Shown piece by piece: positions 59,094 through 64,000 of a stretch of 64,000 nt of DNA. The position numbers and the translations under genes are program-made. The notes beneath the pieces are model-generated. The model was not told where the DNA came from, did not search any database, and saw nothing but the letters and a program-made list of their open reading frames with translations. The stretch is from an uncultured Clostridia bacterium (GTDB lineage Bacteria; Bacillota; Clostridia; TANB77; CAG-508), in contig CAKPPO010000001.1 in the NCBI GenBank assembly GCA_934177725.1, forward strand, positions 70,820-134,819, read 5' to 3'. Each line of letters begins with the position of its first letter. Positions within the stretch are counted from its first letter, which is position 1.

Positions 59094-60092
59094 ATGTCTT
59101 TTATAAACGATATAAAACAAAGAGCAAAACAAGATATAAAAACAATTATAATACCAGAAAGTAATGATTTACGTGTTATAAAAGCAACTGAACAAGTCTT
59201 AAAAGAAGGATATAGTGATATTATATTAATAGGAAACAAAGAAGAAATAAAAAAATTATCACAAGAAAATAATATAGACATATCAAAAGCAAAAATTGTA
59301 GATCCTTTAAAGTCAGACAAATTCAGTGAATACGCAGAAAAATTTTATGAATTAAGAAAAGCAAAAGGTATGACATTAGACAAAGCAAAAGAAATAATGA
59401 AAGACAATGTATATTTTGGAATGATGATGGTAAAACAAGGTGATGGAGATGGATTAGTATCAGGTGCTTGTCATTCTACAGCAGACACTTTAAGACCAGC
59501 ACTTCAAATATTAAAAACAGCACCAGGAACAAAACTTGTATCAGCATTTTTCTTAATGGTAGTTCCAAATTGTGAATATGGTGAAAATGGAGCATTTGTT
59601 TTTGGAGATTGTGGTTTAAATGAATATCCAGATCCAGAAGCATTATCAGAAATAGCAATTTCATCATCTAAAAGTTTTAAACAATTAGTTGGAAAAGAGC
59701 CAAAGGTTGCAATGCTTTCATATTCAAGTTATGGAAGTGCACATTCACCACTTACAGATAAAGTAGTAGAAGCAACTAAATTATTAAAAGAAAAAATGCC
59801 AGAGTTAATTGCAGACGGTGAGCTTCAATTGGATGCAGCAATTATACCAGAAATTGCAGCTTCAAAAGCACCAGGAAGTCCGCTAAAAGGTGAAGCAAAT
59901 ACTTTAATATTCCCAGATTTAGATGCTGGAAATATAGGATATAAATTAGTTCAAAGGTTTGCAAAAGCAGAAGCATATGGCCCACTTTGCCAAGGTATTG
60001 CAAGACCTGTAAATGATTTATCAAGAGGATGTAGTGCAGAAGATATAGCTGGAGTTGTTGCAATTACAGCTGTTCAAGCACAAAGTATGTAA
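59094..60092 (+). CDS. pta: Phosphate acetyltransferase
   Basis: 332 aa PTA_PTB domain: IIIPESNDLRVIKA, GLVSGACHSTADTLRPALQI and ANTLIFPDLDAGNIGYKL. Confidence 0.93.
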   Translation: MSFINDIKQRAKQDIKTIIIPESNDLRVIKATEQVLKEGYSDIILIGNKEEIKKLSQENNIDISKAKIVDPLKSDKFSEYAEKFYELRKAKGMTLDKAKEIMKDNVYFGMMMVKQGDGDGLVSGACHSTADTLRPALQILKTAPGTKLVSAFFLMVVPNCEYGENGAFVFGDCGLNEYPDPEALSEIAISSSKSFKQLVGKEPKVAMLSYSSYGSAHSPLTDKVVEATKLLKEKMPELIADGELQLDAAIIPEIAASKAPGSPLKGEANTLIFPDLDAGNIGYKLVQRFAKAEAYGPLCQGIARPVNDLSRGCSAEDIAGVVAITAVQAQSM

Positions 60093-60115
60093 TATAAATA
60101 TTGAAGGAAAATTGT

Positions 60116-60907
60116 ATGATTGATTTTATTAAAGCACAGGAAAGTTTCAAAGAATATTTAAAAGACTATGATTTAGAAAATGGAAGCATTAAACTAAAGG
60201 TAAAACATACATATGAAGTTGTTAAAAAAAGTGAATATATAGCAATAGGCCTGGGGCTAGATAAAGAAAATATCGAACTGGCAAAGATAATAGCATTATT
60301 GCATGATATAGGAAGATTTGAACAAATAAAAGAGTTTAATGAATTTAGTGATAAAAATATAGAACATGCCGAATTTGGAGTAAAAGTGCTATTTGGAGAA
60401 AAATTCTTAATATCCAAATTTGTAGAAAACAGAAAATATGATAATATAATTAATAAATCAATATATAATCATAACAAATTTAAAGTAGAAGAGGGATTAA
60501 GTGATATCGAATTGATGCATTGTAATATAATAAGAGATGCAGATAAAATTGATAATTTTAGAGTTAAGCAAGAAGATAAATTTGAAGATATGTTCCCTAA
60601 AATATATAATAAAGATACTATAAATTATGAGACAATTAGTCAAAAAGTATATGAAGATTTTATGCAGAAAAAATGTATAAAATTGGAAGATAGAAAAACA
60701 ATAATTGATTATTGGATTTGTGTAATTGCTTTTATATTTGATTTAAACTTTGATATATCTTTAAAATATGTATATGAACATAATTACATAGATATTCTAA
60801 TAGATAGAATTGAATACCAGAATAATGATACAAAGCAAAAAATGGAAGATATAAGAAAATGCGCAAAAACATATATAAGAAATAAAATTAAGGAGGAAAT
60901 AAAATGA
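60116..60907 (+). CDS. HD-domain phosphohydrolase
   Basis: ALLHDIGRFEQ, IEHAEFG and IRDADKIDNF motifs. The stop overlaps the ackA start (ATGA). Confidence 0.75.
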   Translation: MIDFIKAQESFKEYLKDYDLENGSIKLKVKHTYEVVKKSEYIAIGLGLDKENIELAKIIALLHDIGRFEQIKEFNEFSDKNIEHAEFGVKVLFGEKFLISKFVENRKYDNIINKSIYNHNKFKVEEGLSDIELMHCNIIRDADKIDNFRVKQEDKFEDMFPKIYNKDTINYETISQKVYEDFMQKKCIKLEDRKTIIDYWICVIAFIFDLNFDISLKYVYEHNYIDILIDRIEYQNNDTKQKMEDIRKCAKTYIRNKIKEEIK

Positions 60908-62103
60908 AAATTTTAGTATTAAATAGTGGTAGTTCATCACTAAAATATCAATTAATAGATATGGAAAATGAACAAGTATTAGCAAAAGGAAACTATGAAA
61001 GAATTGGAATGGAAGGTTCTTTTGTAACTCACAAAGTAGGTGGAGAAAAATATAAATACGAAAGAGATGCAAAAAATCATGAAGAAGCTATTTCTTTTGT
61101 ACTTTCACAATTTACAGATAGTGAACATGGAGTAATTTCATCATTAGACGAAATTTCAGCAGTAGGACACAGAGTTGTTCATGGAGGAGAAAAATTCAAC
61201 AAATCAGTTGTAATTACAGACGAAGTAATAGATACAATTAGAGAATGTATTCCTTTAGCACCATTACATAATCCAGCAGCTTTAATAGGAATTGAAGCTT
61301 GTATGAAAGTTATGCCAGGTAAGAAAAATGTAGCAGTATTTGATACAGCATTCCATCAAACAATACCAGAAGAAAGATATATTTACCCACTACCATATAA
61401 ATATTATGAAAAATATGGTGTAAGAAAATATGGATTCCACGGAACAAGCCACAGATATGTATCTGCAAGAGTTGCCGAACTAGTAGGAAAACCAGTTACA
61501 GAATTAAAAACAATAGTATGTCATTTAGGACAAGGAGCAAGTCTATGCGCAGTATTAAATGGTAAATCTGTAGATACATCAATGGGATTCACACCACTTG
61601 CAGGTATTGCAATGGGAACACGTTCTGGAGATTTAGATCCATCAATAGTTACTTTCTTAATGAAAAAAGAAGGATTAACACCTGATGAAGTAGAAAAAAT
61701 ATTAAATAAAGAATCTGGATTAATAGGAATGAGCGAATACTCAGCAGACAATAGAGATTTACTAGCTTCTATAGATGCAAATGATGAACACGCTGAAAAG
61801 AGCAAATTAGCAATGGAAGCTTATGCTTATATTATAGCTCAATATATTGCCAAATATGCAGTTGCACTAAATGGTGTAGATGTAATAGCATTTGCTGGTG
61901 GTGTTGGAGAAAGAGGACCAGATGAAAGAAAAATGATTTGTAAACAATTAAAATGGATGGGAGTAGAATTAGACTTAGAAGCAAATAATGTAAAAGCAGA
62001 AGAAAGAGAAATTTCTACAAAAGATTCTAAAGTAAAAGTTTGGATAGTTCCAACTGAAGAAGAATTAATGATAGCAAGAGATACAGCTAATTTAGTAAAA
62101 TAA
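60904..62103 (+). CDS. ackA: Acetate kinase
   Basis: ILVLNSGSSSLKYQL, GHRVVHGGEKF, FDTAFHQTIP, YGFHGTSHRY, MGTRSGDLDP and the EE.MIA C-terminus. Confidence 0.95.
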   Translation: MKILVLNSGSSSLKYQLIDMENEQVLAKGNYERIGMEGSFVTHKVGGEKYKYERDAKNHEEAISFVLSQFTDSEHGVISSLDEISAVGHRVVHGGEKFNKSVVITDEVIDTIRECIPLAPLHNPAALIGIEACMKVMPGKKNVAVFDTAFHQTIPEERYIYPLPYKYYEKYGVRKYGFHGTSHRYVSARVAELVGKPVTELKTIVCHLGQGASLCAVLNGKSVDTSMGFTPLAGIAMGTRSGDLDPSIVTFLMKKEGLTPDEVEKILNKESGLIGMSEYSADNRDLLASIDANDEHAEKSKLAMEAYAYIIAQYIAKYAVALNGVDVIAFAGGVGERGPDERKMICKQLKWMGVELDLEANNVKAEEREISTKDSKVKVWIVPTEEELMIARDTANLVK

Positions 62104-62128
62104 GGAAAATAATTTATATTGAAATTAT

Positions 62129-62156
62129 AAAGGGGCGTACAAAATACGCCTTTTTC
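62129..62156 (+). terminator. Rho-independent terminator after ackA
   Basis: aaggggcgta / tacgcctttt stem followed by a T-run. Confidence 0.75.
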
Positions 62157-62246
62157 TATTGCATTTTACATAAAAGTAATATATAATATAGCATATTGTA
62201 ACTCGTTAATATTCTATAAAACAAATGTATATAGGAGGGCAAAACT

Positions 62247-62759
62247 ATGATAGAAGTAGTAGAAAAAAGAAAAGAGGAATCTAAATCTTCGATTACTGAG
62301 GAGAATCTGCAAAAAGCAATGGAATTAGTTCGGCAAAATCCGGAAAAGATTAAAGCAATTAGTGTAACTGATTTGCTTAAACAACAAAGAGATTTATATT
62401 TTAAAGAGGAAAGAAAAGAAGATTCATTCTTATTTGAACTTCTTGTGCTTTTAGGAGCGGAAATTGATGATAATACATTTTACTATGCTTTAGATTTAGG
62501 CATGCTTGGTTTAGTAAAATTATTAGTTGAACAATATGGGTTTGATGTTAATAGCGGGAAAAATTATAGACCAATAATAGTAGCCGTTTGGGCATCTAGT
62601 GCAACTTGCACTGAAAATGAAAGAGCCGAAGTAGTAAAATTCTTAATCAGTAAAGGAGCAAATATTCACGTAAATGATAATCAGGCTTTGGAAATTGCAG
62701 CTAATAAGAAAATGTACAAAGTTTTGAGAGTTTTGCTTGAAGCAGATGAATCAATTTAA
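62247..62759 (+). CDS. Ankyrin-repeat-like protein
   Basis: 170 aa with repeated helix-turn units (LLVLLGAEIDDN..., LVKLLVEQYGFDVNS..., VVKFLISKGANIHVNDNQALEIAA..., VLRVLLEA). It has its own terminator at ~62770-62805. Confidence 0.55.
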   Translation: MIEVVEKRKEESKSSITEENLQKAMELVRQNPEKIKAISVTDLLKQQRDLYFKEERKEDSFLFELLVLLGAEIDDNTFYYALDLGMLGLVKLLVEQYGFDVNSGKNYRPIIVAVWASSATCTENERAEVVKFLISKGANIHVNDNQALEIAANKKMYKVLRVLLEADESI

Positions 62760-62924
62760 GTCAAAAAATAAAAGATGAGAAATTTCTCATCTTTTATTTT
62801 TTACCTTAAAATCTATTGTGCTTTTTTATTTTTATAGGTATAATAACAAAAGAATTAAAGTAAAATTAGTTTAAAAAAGAAAACTATGTAAATTTTTAAA
62901 CAAATAAGAAAGGAATTGAATTTA

Positions 62925-64000
62925 ATGAAAGTTTTAGTTATCAATTGTGGAAGTTCATCTTTAAAATATCAATTAATAGATATGGAAAATGAACAAGTAT
63001 TAGCAAAAGGAAATTATGAAAGAATAGGTCAAGGAAATAGCTTTGTAACACATAAAGTAGCAGGAGAAAAATACCTAATAGAACATCCTGTATCATCACA
63101 CAAAGAAGCTTTTGAAATTATGCTTGAACAATTACAACATAAAGATTACGGAGTAATAAAAGATCTAAATGAAATAAATGCAATAGGACATAGAATACCA
63201 CATGGAACAGATATATTTGACAAATCTGTATTAATTACAGATGAAGTAATTGCAGAAATAGAAAAAACAACGGAATTAGCACCAATTCATAACCCACCAA
63301 CAATAAACGGAATAAAAGCTTGCAAAGAAATAATGCCAGGAAAACCAATGGTAGCAGTATTTGATACAGCTTTTCATCATACTATTTCTAAAGAAAGATA
63401 CATTTATCCAGTACCATACAAATATTATGAAAAATATAAAATGCGTAAATATGGTTTCCACGGAACAAGCCACAGATACGTATCTGCAAGAGTTGCTGAA
63501 TTAGTTGGAAAGAAAAAAGAAGAATTAAAAACTGTTGTATGTCATTTAGGACAAGGAGCAAGTTTATGTGCAGTATTAAATGGAGAATCTGTAGATACAT
63601 CAATGGGATTTACACCAGTTGCTGGCATTCCAATGTGTGCTAGAAGTGGAGATTTAGATCCTTCAATAGTTACATTTTTAATGAGAAAAGAAGGATTAAC
63701 ACCTGATGAAATAGATACAATTTTAAATAAAGAATCAGGAGTTCTTGGAATTTCTGGAGTGAGTCCAGACTTTAGAGATATCGAAAAAGAAGCTGATGAA
63801 GGAAACGAAAGAGCAATACTTGCAAGAAAAGCATATTGCTACCTAGTTGCACAATATATTGCAAAATATGGGGTTTCAATGCAAGGAATAGACGTAATTG
63901 CATTCACAGCAGGAATTGGTGAAAATCAAATAAATATTAGAAAAATGATTTGTGAAAATCTAGAATGGCTTGGAGTAAAGATTGATTTAGGAAAAAACAA
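62925..64000 (+). CDS. Acetate/short-chain acyl kinase paralog (AckA family), 3' end cut by the window edge, absent from the ORF track
   Basis: ATG 62925 after AAGGAA. Translation is MKVLVINCGSSSLKYQLIDMENEQVLAKGNYERIG...GHRIPHGTDIF...FDTAFHHTIS...YGFHGTSHRY...MCARSGDLDP... The open frame runs to nt 64000. Confidence 0.85.
   Translation, partial: MKVLVINCGSSSLKYQLIDMENEQVLAKGNYERIGQGNSFVTHKVAGEKYLIEHPVSSHKEAFEIMLEQLQHKDYGVIKDLNEINAIGHRIPHGTDIFDKSVLITDEVIAEIEKTTELAPIHNPPTINGIKACKEIMPGKPMVAVFDTAFHHTISKERYIYPVPYKYYEKYKMRKYGFHGTSHRYVSARVAELVGKKKEELKTVVCHLGQGASLCAVLNGESVDTSMGFTPVAGIPMCARSGDLDPSIVTFLMRKEGLTPDEIDTILNKESGVLGISGVSPDFRDIEKEADEGNERAILARKAYCYLVAQYIAKYGVSMQGIDVIAFTAGIGENQINIRKMICENLEWLGVKIDLGKN

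Noticed and set aside
1-64000. Search for mobile elements, prophage, integrases, toxin-antitoxin pairs, restriction-modification or other recognisable defence systems, and for tRNA or rRNA genes.
   Set aside because: None of the ORF translations shows transposase, recombinase, phage structural, nuclease-methylase or Cas signatures. The only GC-rich structured non-coding segment is rnpB.

Overview
Very AT-rich chromosomal segment (about 25-30% GC by eye, not computed) from a spore-forming Clostridia-class Firmicute. The supporting markers are cwlJ/gerQ, a SCIFF peptide, ChW repeats, a type A RNase P RNA and ppdK. Almost everything from 1 to 51 kb is on the + strand. (1) 1-28 kb is a large cell-wall glycopolymer locus of the rhamnan/Rgp-Epa type. 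It has a Wzt/TagH-like ABC ATPase with a C-terminal carbohydrate-binding domain, many GT2 glycosyltransferases, a Wzx-like flippase, glf, and rmlD/rmlA/rmlB (no rmlC seen). It also has several Und-P-sugar-synthase-like GT2s and four very large polytopic GT-C-like membrane proteins. A ChW-repeat GH25 muramidase, a pilin-like/FGE-like fusion protein and a solitary ruvB are embedded in it. (2) 28-51 kb is housekeeping: queH, acyl-CoA ligase, polA, an SLT transglycosylase, galE, T-box-controlled glyQS, ppdK, rpmF, der-plsY-gpsA and dtd. These are interspersed with unknowns, an unannotated orphan SCIFF peptide gene and two more tandem GT-C-like proteins. (3) 51-64 kb holds rnpB, a frameshifted RluD-family gene, guanine deaminase, a Qnr-like pentapeptide protein, an alpha/beta hydrolase, cwlJ-gerQ, pta-HD-ackA, an ankyrin-repeat gene and a second, divergent ackA that runs off the window. 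I saw no rRNA, tRNA, CRISPR array, transposase, integrase or phage genes. No classical defence or mobile system is evident. The points most worth follow-up are the orphan SCIFF gene within a cluster of unknowns, the pilin-like/FGE-like insertion between rmlD and rmlA, a 765-bp intergenic region with tandem DnaA boxes and TGTAAY direct repeats, a family of conserved palindromic terminator elements, the very high density of GT-C/GT2 glycosylation modules, and the ackA duplication with an identity tract.
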